From contig MU054541.1 of NCBI GenBank assembly GCA_013239625.1, positions 14,985,530-15,049,529 of the forward strand: a stretch of DNA of 64,000 bases, in the 5' to 3' direction. The notes beneath the pieces were generated by a model that was given only the letters and a program-made list of their open reading frames with translations, was not told where the DNA came from and searched no databases. The stretch comes from Lama guanicoe. Taxonomy: Eukaryota. Positions 12,750-29,050 of the stretch are shown piece by piece. A program made the translations under genes and the position numbers. Position 1 is the stretch's first letter. Every line of letters begins with the position of its first letter.

Positions 12750-12900
12750 GAGCGCGGTCTCAGGATCAGCAGCCTCGGCTCCACTGGGGAGTTTGTTGGA
12801 AATGCAGAATCTTGGGCCCCTCCCCAAACCTGTTGAATCAGAATCTTCCACGTAATCCCCCAGCTGACTCCAGTGCACGCCGAGCTTTGAGAAGTGCTTC
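12750..12900. mobile_element. MER5A-like hAT-Charlie MITE
   Basis: cagcagcctcggc...gggagtttgttggaaatgcagaatcttgggcccctccccaaacctgttgaatcagaatct...tttgagaagtgct. Confidence 0.75.
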
Positions 12901-15900
12901 CCCAGGGTCACTCACTGAGTTGCAGCCACCTGGAGAGTTTGAGGGTTTTTAGAAAGACCTTGCTCAGCGCTGCGCATCCTGACGTAGTGAGAAGCGTGGC
13001 GTGATGATTCGTAAATGCGTTTGTAAAGCTCTCCTGATGTTTCTTTTTTAGCATTTAGCCAGTTTGGGAAGCTCTGAACTTTGAGTATGCTGCAAGTCAA
13101 AAAGAGTATTTGTGTGCATTTATCCTCGGAAACACATCAGTGCAAAACATGGGAAGAAGGTGTTAAACAGCTGGCGTGGCCTCTGGGGACCATGTGAGGG
13201 ACCCACACACTGGGCGATTTCTTGTCTACCTTCGTAAACAATACCGCGTGAATTCATGCTCCCATGTGGGTTGGGAGCAGACTCACATACATAGTTACAG
13301 GTCCAAAAAAAGCTGTGACTGTCACCGCCCTGCCACTGAACCACTCCCCCGTCACTGTAATTCTCACAGTCCTGTGACTGAGCGTGAGGGCCCGGGTCCT
13401 CGTCCTCACTCCCGTGTTAAGACCACGTCTGCCCATCCCTCCACAGATTGTAGACTTTGTTGTGACAGTGCGTCCAGAACGGGCGAAACTCGTAGTGGTT
13501 CACGTCGCGACTCAGGATGCTGGTGCCCGTAGGCACAGTCCTGAGTGCCTGTGAGGCCGATGCGGTTTGTTGGTGGGTCCAGATCTGTCACCCCTAGAGG
13601 TGGTCCTTGTGTAGGTCAGGGCTGCAGTGTGAGGATACGGTTCAGCAGATGGTGAGCGGGTGAGCGGATGCCCCCCAGCTGACTCACGGGCAGCGTCTCA
13701 GCCCAGGTGTGCGGCTCTGGGGTGCGTCCCACTAGCCTCAGTAAGGCACGTGGTCCTTCCAGAGCAGCTATGCCTGACAACAGTACCAGCCAGCGGGCCT
13801 CACCTCTGATTTGTACTGAATTAACTACAGCAGCTGCTATTCGGAAGCTGCAGTCCAGAGTCGACCCTCTCCCTGCAAAGTGTCGCATCGCCAGCAGAGT
13901 AACAGCTCCACGGGGGGCTCTCCCTCCAGGTTTTAGTCACAGAGACAGAGGAGCGAGCATCCTGACCTCGTTTTGCAGGCCTTAGACAGCGGGCGGCTTT
14001 TATGTTCATTAAACCACGAGGATGGGTCTGAACATGCCCAAAGCCTTAATAAACAGCTAATTTTTGCAACTTGGATAAAATTAATCATGCATTTGGAATC
14101 TGGAAAGTCATGAAGGGGAATTCTGTGACGTAAAAGCCATGAGCAGGTCCCCAAATTCCCAGGGCATTTGGCAGGCAGAGCCTTGCAGGGGTGTCCCCAC
14201 TTCAGAGGACCCAAAGGTGACTCCAGAGCATTGACAGAAGTGACATGCCTGGGGGCGGTGGCTTGTGGTCTGTTGGAAAGCATTCCACGTGCTTGACGAG
14301 GCCCAGCCGAGGGACTTGGGACGAGGGAGCCCACGAGGGAGCCCACGAGGAGATGTCCCCCATCGGCCAGCCTCACAGACTCGCACGTGACTGTTCCGAG
14401 GACGGGGTTCAGGCCGAGGTCTAGAGGTTGCTTTGCAGTGCCGACACGGAGAAAATGAGAAACACCACACTGTAAGTTCACTTCTCCTGAGACGAAACCC
14501 AGCATCGCGGTTTTCTAGACCTTCAGAGATGACATTCGGTCGGTCTGGCTGTGAGGCTTTAATCCCAGGAGACCTTGTATGGCCAAGTGTGTGGCTGTTT
14601 TTCTTGGGCTGGAACTGGATGACCGTCGTGCAGTTGACATAGGCTGCTTTTCCTCTATTCCGCTGCCACCGAGCAGCAGTCACCTTCACCTCCCTTCATC
14701 CGTAGCCTCACCAGCATCTCAGTCCCTGAACACAAACAGTGTGCAGCCCGACATCCAGGAGCCAAGGGGGCGGGGGGGCTGGGCAGGAGTCACAAAGATG
14801 GCAGTGTCGGAGCCGGGGGTCGCTGGAGCTCGCCTGCTCCCACCCTCGAATCTGCAGGTGTGAAGACAGACCCTGAGCCTCTCCGGGCGTCCGCAGGTGC
14901 AGGCCCCTCCCCTCCACCCGTCACTCATCTCCTCCTTTGTTCAGTGAGCAGGGCCCAGCCCTGCCTTCACAGCCTGACGTCTCGAAGGAAGAAAAGATGA
15001 GAAAGTGACAGGTCTGCTGAGTGTGACAGAGGGTGAAACAGGCACGCTAGGAGCAGAGGGGGCGGGTCAGGGGCCACCTCCCTAGGAAGGGAGATTTAGG
15101 ATTAAACAGGGAACAGTCTGGGCAGAGGGCAGGGAGGGGAGCTCTGCAGGCAGGAGGAACAGCGAGTGTCAAGCCCTGAATTGGGGAAAAAACGCAAGGC
15201 ACCAAAGAAAGCCTAGGGTGGCTGGCGACAGGGATGGGCAGGGAGGCCAGGACCCCGGGGCGAAGGGAACAGCCCACGAGAACTTGTGCTCCGCACATCC
15301 CGGGAGCTCATCTCGGGTTTGCCGTGTTACAGGAGGATCTGGAACAAAGCTGGAACTTGCTAGAGAAAGCAAACTTACGATACAGCCGACTTTTTCTCCA
15401 ACTGTTTGCCCAGGATCTCTGTGGACAGTGGCTCACCTCACCTCTGAGAACAAATGGGATCTCCCCTTTCCAGTTTGTCTGCGGCCCTTCTTAGTCCTGG
15501 GTCTAACACCTCAGCTAGAGAGGAGGGTATTTGTTCTACAGAGAACCGGGGGTCAGTCCTTGTGGGCCGTCCCCTTCGCTCGTAAGAAGGGGCATCAGCA
15601 GAGGGTCCCTGCCTTTGTCTGCTGACCTCACAGCCATGTCCATCCCCCTGATGCAGATGGTGGGGCCACTTCCCATGGCTTCTGAGACACACAGTGGCCA
15701 CTGCACAACTGAACAGGCAGAGCTTTTAAAATGTTCTCCAAACTGTCCGCATGGTTGTCTGCAGCAGACTGAGAAGCCATCCATGAAGAAGGCTTCTCAG
15801 GTTGAGATCTGTTTGGGGAGAAAGACAGATGTTTTTGCTCAAGGGCAAAGCTTTAAGTCCAAAGACCCTGAAGAGAGAACCCAGTGGATGCTCAGAGATG

Positions 15901-18900
15901 AATCTGACTGTGTCTCCACCTGGAGGGACCACTGACACCACGATGGTGACAGCAATCAAAGTCGGTGTCTGTTGTCTTGAAGTTCGACCACAAGCAAGTG
16001 AGGACACCAGTGGAGCTGGAATTGCACTTGCTCAGACTCAGCGTCCTGCACTGACCGGAGGGCTTGTCAATCACTAGTCGTGCTGGCCGCCCCTCCCAGA
16101 GGGGCTGGACTTCCAGGGACCAGCTGGCTCAGCAGGATAACAGCTTCCTGTAAATGATCTGCACCCTTCTCCTACTAAAGTGATGATTCCTTAGAAAGTT
16201 CAATGGCATGAAGTAGAAAGCTTTTCCTCTCATCAGCAGGAAAGTTATTTTATTTACTTGGAGAGCATCACCTAAATGTCAACCATTGTTAAAGTGCTTC
16301 AATGCAGCTTCCCATCCGTTACTAAGTGAATTCCTGTGACTTCATCTGTCTTAATACAGAGACAGTTTAATAGCAGTCTACCTGGTTCTGAGTTTTTAAA
16401 GGCGTATCTCATTGAGGCGTGTGCATGTGATACACCCAGCATGTATAGGGTATATGATCAAGGACTGCGCTATTCGTGCTAAGTGTCTCGACAAGATTTG
16501 CCAAATATCCTCTTCCACTCATGCTTCCAATATGTGACACATTTAGGATTCTTAATCTGCCAAATTTTAGTATGTATTTTCACTTTAAAAACACAACCTT
16601 ACACTTCCTTGTGGGACCCTATAAACAGGCTTGTTTAAAGAGGGGAAATGATATACCAGTATCTCAGAATGCAAAAATAAACATTTCTTTTAAAACAGAT
16701 TGGAAGGCAAGACTATGATGTGAGGCTTGCGGGCGGGGCAGCCCGAGACCTGGGGTCTCTTTCTTGTCGAGGGCTCCGGTGCCGGCCGGGCCGTAACTGC
16801 CTGGGATGCCGCCTGAGTCCCCCAGCTCGGGGCCCCTGCTCCTTCCGGGCAGCGTGGGTAGACAGATCCCAGACCCCAGTGAACTTTCTAGCTCTAAATG
16901 CCTGCAATTCCAGTTGAATCAAAAGGAAAGAAACCCTCCTTGAGACCATCTGAATGCGAGTTTGGGGCACAGTCAGCGGGAAATCTTCAAGACCTGTCCC
17001 CACCCGTCTTGGTGCTGCCTGGGGTGGGCCGGAGCCTAGGGGCAGTGAGAATGTGGACTGGGGATTGCCTTGGCCCTCTGCAAAGGCACAGAGAACTCAT
17101 GGAGGGGCCCTCGGCCCCTCAGAATCCTCGCCAGGCTCCAGTCCAGTGTCAGACCCAGCAAGTGTGTTTCTAGCTTTTTCTGAGCTGAAAATGCTTTCTC
17201 CCTGGCCTCTGCAATTTCAAAAGGAGAATTGGGACCCAGCTGGAAAAGGCCCTCCGCCTCTTGCTCACCCAGCAGTAACTTCTCCCTTACCTGCCTTCCC
17301 GACAGACACGCGGTCCACAAAGAACGTTCTGGATGTACTCAGAGACGCGTGAGCAGCTTGGGGTGGAGGCACGTTGTGGGCCAGTGCGGGCCAGGGGTTC
17401 CTGCCCCCGAGAATCTGACTTCATCGTTGGGGAGCCCAGCTAAACTTGTGTAGAACGACCAGAAGATGACCGAGTACTGGCCTGGCTGTGAGAGCGAGAG
17501 AGCAGCGTGGACTGGAGAGAACTCACAGAGCTCCCCGGGCTGCGAGAAGCCTCAGAGGGGCTGGGGTGCTGGGGCAGGAGGGTGGAGGGTGTGTCCGTGG
17601 GAGCACTGTGGGAGGCAAGCGCGTCGGGCAGGGCGCACTGGACCACGGAGCAAATCCTGCTTCCTCAGAGCTTCCTGCGGGGAAAGTCGGGACAGGTCCT
17701 GCCTGTAAACAGAAGCTTGTTCAGAGCGGGGAGAGCTCGAGGCATCCCAGAAAGCCGTCCCTTCATCTCCCACCTCTGCCTCCTCCTGATGGCCTCTCTC
17801 AACTTGTTTCCTCCTCTGTGAGACGGAGCTCACCACACCCCTGCCTCACAGGGACTCTGTAAGGACTGTAACTGCGGGTAACGCACATGAAGGTCTTCTG
17901 CCTTGTTTGATACAGAGTAAGCCAGCAGTAACTTAGCTGCTTCATCGTTCATTTAGAAACTACATCAGACACCTTAGGGGGGATGTGGAGGTGGACCAGA
18001 TGTGGATTCTCCCCTTCTTTACAGTACACTTACACATTAAGCGTGTAAGTAGCTTAACGGTCTAGGGATAAGTCACAGACACGGTCGGGCTAGAAGCGGG
18101 TAGTGGGTGAGATACAGAAGGGGAACTTGCTTCTGCCTGAGCCTAAGTTCTAGGCTGAGCAGTCGGAGTCTCATCTGGTGGAAAAGGGAGCGGTGAAGTG
18201 GGGGGACAGGGCTGTGCGGCAGATTCCCCGGGCAGTGATGCAGAGAAAGCCGTGAGCGGGGCCCGCGGGACACTGCCGCGGGAACGGAGACGCGAGGGGC
18301 TGTGGCCTGGCGGAGGGCGGCGGCGGCGTGGACTGTGTGGAGGAGAGAGTGAATGCAGGAGGTGTTTCCAGATGAGAGACTCGGTGAAAGGCTGGAGACA
18401 CAGAGTAAAACATGGGAGTAAAGCAAAGTGACTCAGATGCTTTGATCCTGTGAGACTGGCCGGGCGGCCGCTAGGCCTGTGGAATCTCCGGTCGGGGGCT
18501 ATGTGTGTGGTCAGCTTCGGGGGTTGCTGCCCAGCAGGCTTCAGTGTGACAGCCCCGCTCCGTGGACGTCGAGGTGCATGTGCACATGCAACGGGCCTGA
18601 TGTAACGCGGTGGGTGGACAGAGCAGGCTCTAGGCTGGGAAGGCTCTCTGCCGTGGGACAGAGGCTGGAGGGGACGCCCCCGCCCTGCACACGAGGACGC
18701 CCGTCTGAGGGACGCAGAGGCAGGGCCCGCGACTGCGAGCCTTCCCGCAGCAGAGACTCCTGTGGTGCCAGCCCCAGGGCTGCCGAGTGTCAGCTTTATT
18801 GGGAAAGTGCCCTTTCCTTACATGTGTGGAGCCAGTTGGCTGAGGTCTGGAGAAGGAAGGAAGGGGGAAGTGTGAGTACAGATGCAGCTCTGGAGTTTCC

Positions 18901-20139
18901 CACGTAAAGTCTGACTGCCCTAGATGCTAACTCTGTGACGACCACGCCCTCGGACATCTTAATCCCCACGTGTCCCAGAGCCAAAGCCGTGCCTGCCACA
19001 GGGGTGGTGCTCCACTGACACTCGGTTATTCCCATGAGCTGCTGGGGGCAGGCTGGCCCCTGCAGGGGGTGCAAAAAGAACTAGACACAGTCTCCCCTCT
19101 GACCCTGCCCCACCCCATGGAATGTGCAGCGTCTTTATATGAGAATGGAGAGTTGAGAGATTTTTTTGGAGGACAGGGTGACAGACAGAGGAAAATCACC
19201 CCTGCTAGAGGCTGACAAGGAGCAGCTTTCAGGGAAGGGAGTGAGCCAGGAGAGGGGGTCACAGAACCAAACAGGCCACAGGGAATGGGTGTTCACCGGT
19301 ATCAAAGTGCAGTCAACAAACAGGAGGCCCCCAAGCGCAGCTTCTCACCACAGGGCGGGAAGTCTCTGAAGAAGCGTCGCAGGGAGATGCAAAGATGTAA
19401 CTAAGTCGGAGGAGTACACGGACGTTGTGTGTGTTAGTCCCGGCAACAGGTGCAGGTGACAGACACGCGTCCTGTGAGCAGCAGGAACCAGCGGCAGGGG
19501 ACAAGAAGTCTGCCGGCTTCGCACATTTGGGGGGCGCTGTAACTGTCCCCCAGGTTAGAAGATTCATTCATTCTTCCCACGTCCAGATGAAGTCAGACAG
19601 TGTTTACCCTCGGAGTGGAATCACTAGAAAGCAGCTGGCAGGGCCAGCGCGGGGAGAGGGCGACGTTGAGGACCGAGTGTGTGCCTGGCACTTCACAAAT
19701 GATTTGCTCACGGCCATCCAGTTAGGCAAGAATCACTGGCCCCTTCTGGCAAATGTGAGAACTCACACTCAGTAGGGCTTGTTTGAAAACACACGGTCAG
19801 TCCGGGCCCAGCAGTGTCCGCTGCGGGCCCGGCTCACCCGGAGCCACGGGGGCCACCTCCCCAGCTGCTCAGTGTCCTTCCCCACCAGCACAGAGCCCGA
19901 CGATGCTGTGTACGCGCCTCGATGGCAGGTGTTTTTTTTTTTTAAGTCTTAATTTAATGTTGTTGTTATTATTATTATTGTAACATTTTATTTGAAATGA
20001 TTTGAAATTCACAAGAAGTCGCAGAAACAGCACAGAGTGTTTCCGCATACACCTCGCCGCATAGCTTTCCCCTGTGATGATGTCTTCTGCAAACTTTATA
20101 CATTGTCCAAACCAGGAGATCAGAGCTGGGACAACACTA

Positions 20140-20295
20140 CTGATTCAGGGTTTTGCAGCCTCTTCACTGAGGCTTCAGGCCAGACGATTCTTTGCTGGGG
20201 GCCGTCCTGGGTGCTGTAAGATTTTAGCAGCATCCCAGTCTCTACCCACAAGGCGCCAGAGGCCTCCCCACCCCAGGTGTGACCGCCGAATGTGA
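20140..20295. mobile_element. MER20-like hAT-Charlie element
   Basis: ggccagacgattctttgctgggggccgtcctgggtgctgtaagattttagcagcatcccagtctctaccca. Confidence 0.7.
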
Positions 20296-23200
20296 TCGCA
20301 GACTCAGTGATAGCTTTCAGAGCCCCAAATTGCTTTACATTCTTTATTCAGATTAGGACTTTGGGTTCAGCATTTTTTAGGTGTAATACACACAGAAAAA
20401 TCACCATACCACAGAGCAGCAAAGAGTTTCCTCCAAAATCCTTAGCATGAAAAAGACATTTTTCAAACCACAAAGATGTAACTATCCTTTTAAAAATTGA
20501 GGAGAAACACGAGGGCTGGGTTTTTACTACAGTAGTTCTCAGTTTTCATAAATGGTATCAAAAATCACATTCACAGAAACCTGTTACTCATGCCAGACAC
20601 TCCACCGGGCACATTTCTCAGGCACATCTTAAAACGGAGGTCACTGAGGTTGTTTTCACTCAATTATCACAAGAAACCGTACAGAATCCACAGCATCACG
20701 TAAAAATATCCTGTCTGAAGAGCAGCCCACTCTCGCCGCTGCTGCATGGCTGATGCAGGAGCCCTGGGCCCCCTGCTCGGGAAGGCAGACCCTGCCACCC
20801 ACAGTTCGTGGTCATCTCTGACCAGGGCTGGGGGTCTCAGCGACGTCCTCTGTCACGTCAGAGCCGTGACAGGCAGTCTCTGGAGAGCTCAGGGGTTCCG
20901 GACACACATGTGGGTAAGCTGTGTTGCATTTTCAGAGCCCTGAGGAATGACGTGGGTGTTTAGTGACACCACAGTGGCCCTCAGCCTCGGCAACACCGGG
21001 CTCTGGGCTCACCCGCCAGAGGCAGCCAGCCACTCACAGAGGGAGCCCCTGTGCGGAGGCTGGGGCCCGCTGCCCCCCGGCTGCAGCCTCCACTGTGACG
21101 TGCACCAGGTCACTCATGCCAGGCTCTGCAGGGCCCCTGGGCCGGCACCTGCAGAGGGGGTGCTGATGGGTCCAGAAAAACTAGTCTTTCAGGGCAGTCG
21201 CACCAACACCCAAATTCATTTTTACTGACTTTCTGGTAAACAGCAAAATTCCAAATCACTCAGCATCTGGTCACAGAAGCAACCTCCAGCTCAGATTTAT
21301 GGGGGTGGGGAACTGGGCGGGGGCTCACAGACCGTCGTAAATGTGGACTGTTATTTTTTTTCCCCAAAATAACATATTGTGTATTTCCTTGTAAGCACAT
21401 GCCTGCAATTTAGTATCCATTTATATCTGCAATTATCCATTTAATATCCATTTTTCGCTATCCCAGGGACCTTCAAACTCAATTCAGTTTACACACTTAC
21501 AATCTTAATAAAACAAACAGACCTCACTAATTTGGGGGTCTGCACTTTATTGTGACATGAATGACACACAGGCTTTGGGGTTTTCTGGCTGAACGAATAT
21601 AATTTTATAAACCACATGCCTGAAGTCTGTGCATAAAAACCCAACTTCTCCTTAACCAGACTGAAATGGAATATACAAATGGAATTTTCTAGACCATTGA
21701 AAGTGGTTCTGGATATAAATTCACACTTCTTTTTAAATAATGTAAAAATTAGACAAAACCTAACTCCCTCCGAGAAACAGTAACCTCTCTCTCCGACTCA
21801 GGGTATAAAAGATGCCACTTTAACTGCGATAGAACAGCCTCCTGATAACAAGGGTTCTTCGCCCAAAGCTGTCAGGGGAGGTGCTGGAAACACAGACTCT
21901 CTAGAGAGCCTGCCAGGCGGCCCCTTTACAGACCACAAGTTTCCCAGGTCCATAAACTTCTCATCCACTGGAGCTGATACTTCCTCGACACAACATGCAC
22001 ATGGCTGTTTGTAGAAAGGCCTTCTGCAGGATGTGCTCAGGAATCTTTCAGCTTGGAGATTAAATGTTTCAAGCTTAGTTCACAAAACCCACCTGCTTTC
22101 GGTCTTCATTCAGTTCAGATTTCCAGACCGAGTTTCCCATGTTGGGATACATTAGGATGCTGTCAGCTCTCCTTGGCCGAGACTTGGGCGAGCAAGTTTC
22201 AAAGAACCCGAACAATGCCCACAGTTTGAATGGGGTGAGTAATTCTACTGGTCTCATTTCTTTAAATGTCTGTAAGCGTCTCTAAAATATCTTGGCTTTA
22301 CCAGAGATGTTTATGTGTCTAAAGATTTCTGGGTTGAATTGGCTCTGAACTCATGACTTAAATAGACTTCTGCTATTCTATTAGATTCACCAGGCAAATC
22401 TCACTAACACATCTAAAAAGCAAGCCCTTGATCTTCACCAGCTCAAAAATCTCCATCAGCCCAAATGTGACTCAGTTCTTTCCTTGCCAAAATGTGTCTG
22501 CTCACAGACGGCAGAGCCAAAGACTCAGACTCCACGAGATGCAAATATAGCACCTACCAAAATGACCCGAAGGTGTTTAGGTCTTAATGAGCCTGAAGTT
22601 ATAGTGTTTAGGACTCCAGCAACCAGTCCTTGGAGGGTTAAAGGGCCGTTTAGGGCTGCGGCCCCAAGGACTCCCCAATCAGCAGAAGGGAGTCCCGAGA
22701 GGAATGTGGAAACATAGCTGGTCACCTAGTGGGACGTGTCCATCACTAGTCCCGAGGAGAAGCCACGGCCAGCCTCTCCAGGGGGCTTCCAGGCACCGGC
22801 CCCCTTGTTGACAATAAGGCCAGGTTGGCCCTGTGGAAAGAAAGGTGGGGTCACGGGCCTGGGCCGGTTGTCAGGTTCTGCCCTGCTCCCGGCCCCTTGC
22901 TGCTGTGACTGCAAGAAGCACGTCCCCATCCCGGGAAGACCGTCCAGGCCTGGCATCACGACACTGGCCCGGCAGAGCTGGACTGTTTGTCAGGGTGGCC
23001 ACGTGCCACAGTGCCCTCTTTTAACCTGCAAACCCGTGTCCTGTGGTGTGAGCCAAAAGTGCACGTTTGTCAGTTCCATGACATCACACAAGAGCAAAAC
23101 CTCCCGCCTCCTCCCGAGCACTGTTCCTTGCACTGCTGGCACAGTACACGAGACACATCACAATACCCCAAGTGGCCCTGAGCCCCACGCTCCTAAGAAA

Positions 23201-25294
23201 CAAGCGTCTGAGTCAGGAAAGGAGAAAACTCAGCACACAGAAATATACAAAAACTGCGGTGCTGGAAAGCAGAAATATGGAAAACTCGTAAAATGATGCA
23301 GCAAGATTCCAACACAGATCTCCAAAAGTGAAATGAGCAGAAGGCTCTGCTTTGCTCAAGAACCACAGCATCTCTGGGAAGCCCACCTCCTGGTCAGGGC
23401 AGCAGGAGGGGCCCCGCAGGTGAGGGCCGGCCAGCCGGAAAACCATGCACGTGACGGGAGACAGCTCCCCTCCCGTTACAGCCCAGGTTCTGGACGACAG
23501 CTGCCCATCCCCAGAGCTGCAGGACGGCTGTGGCCCTGCCACCTGTGGACAGAGATGCTTGGTACCCCAGAGCTCAGCCAGTTCCCAGGGTCCAGTACCT
23601 ATGCCCTAGGGTGGGATCCTGGCCTCCCTCCCCAGTTAGGTCTTGGGACCAACTGGTCACCTTGCTTCATAAACCTAGGGGTTTTCAGGGGACATTTGTG
23701 TTCCATACAGAAGGCGACATTTCCAGCCACCACTTCTGACACTCTTTAGATAGGGACACACTAGATTCAGCGTCCCCAGCCCAGTGATTCATGGACCCAC
23801 TGGCCTGTAGGGAAGAAACCAGTGTCTCTGGTGGAGGTCAAGGTCATTAATGGGGCTGAGCAGAGCTGAGGTTTTGATCGCTAAAGTTGGGTGAGATGTT
23901 GCGGCTGTTCCATTTGCAAGCAGAAGACCCTCACTTACCAAGTTGTGATAAATATGATTCCAAAAAGCCACAGTTGCACTGTGAGCACTTTGCCTTTGGG
24001 ATGAGTGTGTGTGTTCATTCCATCCAGGAAATACTCTCTGAAGTACTTCCCCACTCTCGTCAGCACTGCCCCTTCCTTTGCAACTAACGTTTCAAAAACA
24101 GAAGGCCTATTTTAACGTCCTTATGTTTCTTTACAAAGTGTTTGCTTTCAGTCTACAATGAAAAGTTGGCACTTTATAAAATAAAATTGACATTGAGAAG
24201 ATTGCCAGTTCTAAGACCTTGAAAGGCTAAAACCACGTGCAGAAAGACTGGGCTGTTCACAATATTTTACACATTTCTGAACCTTAGATGAGCTATTCTC
24301 CAAAATTCATGGGAGAGCAAAGCCAGATTTTCTTTCCTAACAAGCATATTTGAAGTTCTTATACTATGAAATAAGTACTTTTAAAATTAATTGTTTGGAT
24401 TCCAAAGTATACTTTTGAAAATCAGCCATAGTTTTCATAAAAATTAAAATTTTGCTGTACATACTCCTGAAAAATCCATTTCTTACATATTTTGGTTTAG
24501 GTTTACTGGGTTACCATTTTAAAAGACACCAGACAAGAGAGTCTCTATTTTTATCATTATGTGTGCTCCTAATTTAATTTTAAACAATCCAAAATAATGC
24601 ATTTCTATCATATAACTTAGCATTTCAAGCTGAATTATAGGCCATATACACTATCAATACTTTTCAACTAAATATTCACAAATACATAAGAAAAATATAA
24701 AAAGTATTTAGGTGTTGTAATTATGCAATAAGGCACTTTTAAAAAGGAGGTGATAGTCCAGCAGCAGAAAAGTTATGTAATTCTAAGAATTACCTGTTAT
24801 TGTTACAAAGCTTTTTATAAGAACACGTGTTTCATCGATGTGACCATCTTTTTAGTCTGCCCTACTCCAAGTGAAAGTTATAATTCATTGACTTCTGATG
24901 GCTTTCCAATAATGTATTAGTATTTAACATTTTTCCATGATCAATTACCTTTGGCAAACACTGCTGTAGTCCAAAAGGATGTCTCCAAATCAGAGTTCAA
25001 ACTAAATGCTTCTATAGCTTAAGCCACCCCATTTTGAGGCATAGAAATATCTGGTAGTTTTTGGTAGCCTGATGTTAATTCAGGTGGGCGCTGTATTTCA
25101 GTTGCCCTGACTTTGTATTACTTCTTAGATGCAAGAAGGCAGCAGGTGGGTTCCGCTCCCAGTACAGTAATAATTGTACATTTAGTATCTTAGGGTTTAT
25201 TGTAACCAAGGTTGCTGAGACTAATGTAACCAGTTTTACCTTTATCCAAAGGAGGTTTATTTCAAGTGGCAAATTTTACTATAAGTGTAACTGC

Positions 25295-25300
25295 TTTATT
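25295..25300 (-). terminator. PPP1R3G: Candidate PPP1R3G polyadenylation signal (one of several nearby)
   Basis: TTTATT on + (AATAAA on -) at 25295, with further copies at ~25256 and 25196 in an AT-rich block. Which one is used cannot be determined from sequence. Confidence 0.35.
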
Positions 25301-25349
25301 AAGTGTAACTCTCAACATATAGTTTTAAAAAATACTACTTCCCTAGAGT

Positions 25350-25705
25350 AGGGGTTGGCAGACTTTCTGTAAAGGGCCAGATAGTAAATATTTTCAGCTT
25401 TGCCATCTGGTCTCTGTTGCGTCTTCTCAGCCCTGCTCTTGTAGCAGGGAGGCAGTCCTGGTTAGTATGTAAATGAATGTGCATGTCTGTGTTCCTATAA
25501 AACTTTATATATGGACACTGAAATCTGAATTTCATATAGTTCTCATGTGTCACAAAAAATAGTATTATGTGTCACAAAAATAGTACTCTTCTTTTGAATT
25601 TTTTAAAACTATTTAAAAACACAAAAAAACAAAACAAAATCTTGTTAGTTCTCAGGCTCTGCAAGAACAGGCTTCAGGCTGAATTTGGCCCGCAGGCTGT
25701 AGGAC
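25350..25705. mobile_element. MER58B-like hAT-Charlie element
   Basis: ggggttggcagactttctgtaaagggccagatagtaaatattttcagctttgc...ataaaactttat...ggacactgaaatctgaatttcatata...gaatttggcccgcaggctgtag. Confidence 0.75.
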
Positions 25706-26799
25706 ACAGACCTGATTCCTGTTCAGCCACAGTGAGGCCATCCCCTCCTTAAAGATTACCATTAAAATATGAATCAATTGCACTAGCCATGTGCTCGGTC
25801 ATATGAAAATCAAAGAAAGACAGATTACCATGGGATGACCACGGTGTGAAGAGCTCACGTCCTCAGGAGGCTCACAGGCCCCGGGCACGCACGGCCCCTT
25901 GTCCTGGCATTCACAGCCATCAGCAGTGGACGAAGAAGGCCAACCTGACTGGTACCCACAGTACCAGCCTGTGCAGGGTGCCCACTGGGTCTGGAGCAGG
26001 ATTGATTTGCTCAGCGTGCTTCAACATTCAAGACACCACTCCCTATTGTGGCTCCAAGAGCGACAAAAAGCCACCTTTCCATGCCTCATCTCCTGGCTTG
26101 GAGTCCAGACACCCAGGGTCCAGCTTCCAGGGTCCAGCTTCTCTGACTGCTAACGGCCCAGGAGTCTATGACGTGCTTTGCCTCCACAAAGGGGACCCGG
26201 GGCTGGGGATGCACTCTGGAGGCTCACAGCCAAAATCAACCGATCACTCTGGCATTTCAGCTCACCAAGCATCTTTCTTTGCCGGGGGTAAGAACGACTT
26301 CTAGAAAACATTTTTTAGAACACTCCAGCCCACGATGGGAAATCTGGGCCATTCCACATCAGAAAGGAGGGATGGAAGAAGGGAAATGTGAAAATACTGT
26401 TGCTTGACTACTGGCAGGTGCAGCAGCATCCGCTGAGGACGATGGCCCGCTGGCCGGGGCCTTGCCAACTGCCGGGAGCTGAGATACAAAGTAAGCGACG
26501 CGCACGTGGCCTTCCCTTTTCAAAAGGACATTTGTCAGCAAACGCACGATTCTGGGCAAACAATTCCCAGATCCCAGCTGAAGAGGAAAGGACAGCCTGG
26601 GCCCTGGTTTTCTCGAGAAACGGGCCACAGCGTGAAGGTTTCCACGCCTCCCCTCGGCGCGAAGCGGCTCCAGGCCTCTCCCTGGGAGCCGAGGGCTCTC
26701 CTGCAGGCTGCAAGGGCTGGAACACGACGTCTACAGTTGAAAGCAAATCCCAAGGCTTTGCAGCCTCGCTCAGGAGTCAGGAGCCTTCTTCTTGGAGAA

Positions 26800-29050
<2,251 letters not shown>

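Noticed and set aside
14321-14350. Short tandem duplications (ACGAGGGAGCCC x2.5; also 25545-25585, 26113-26140, ~38120-38145)
   Set aside because: Ordinary slippage duplications with no spacers, so not CRISPR-like or otherwise structured arrays.
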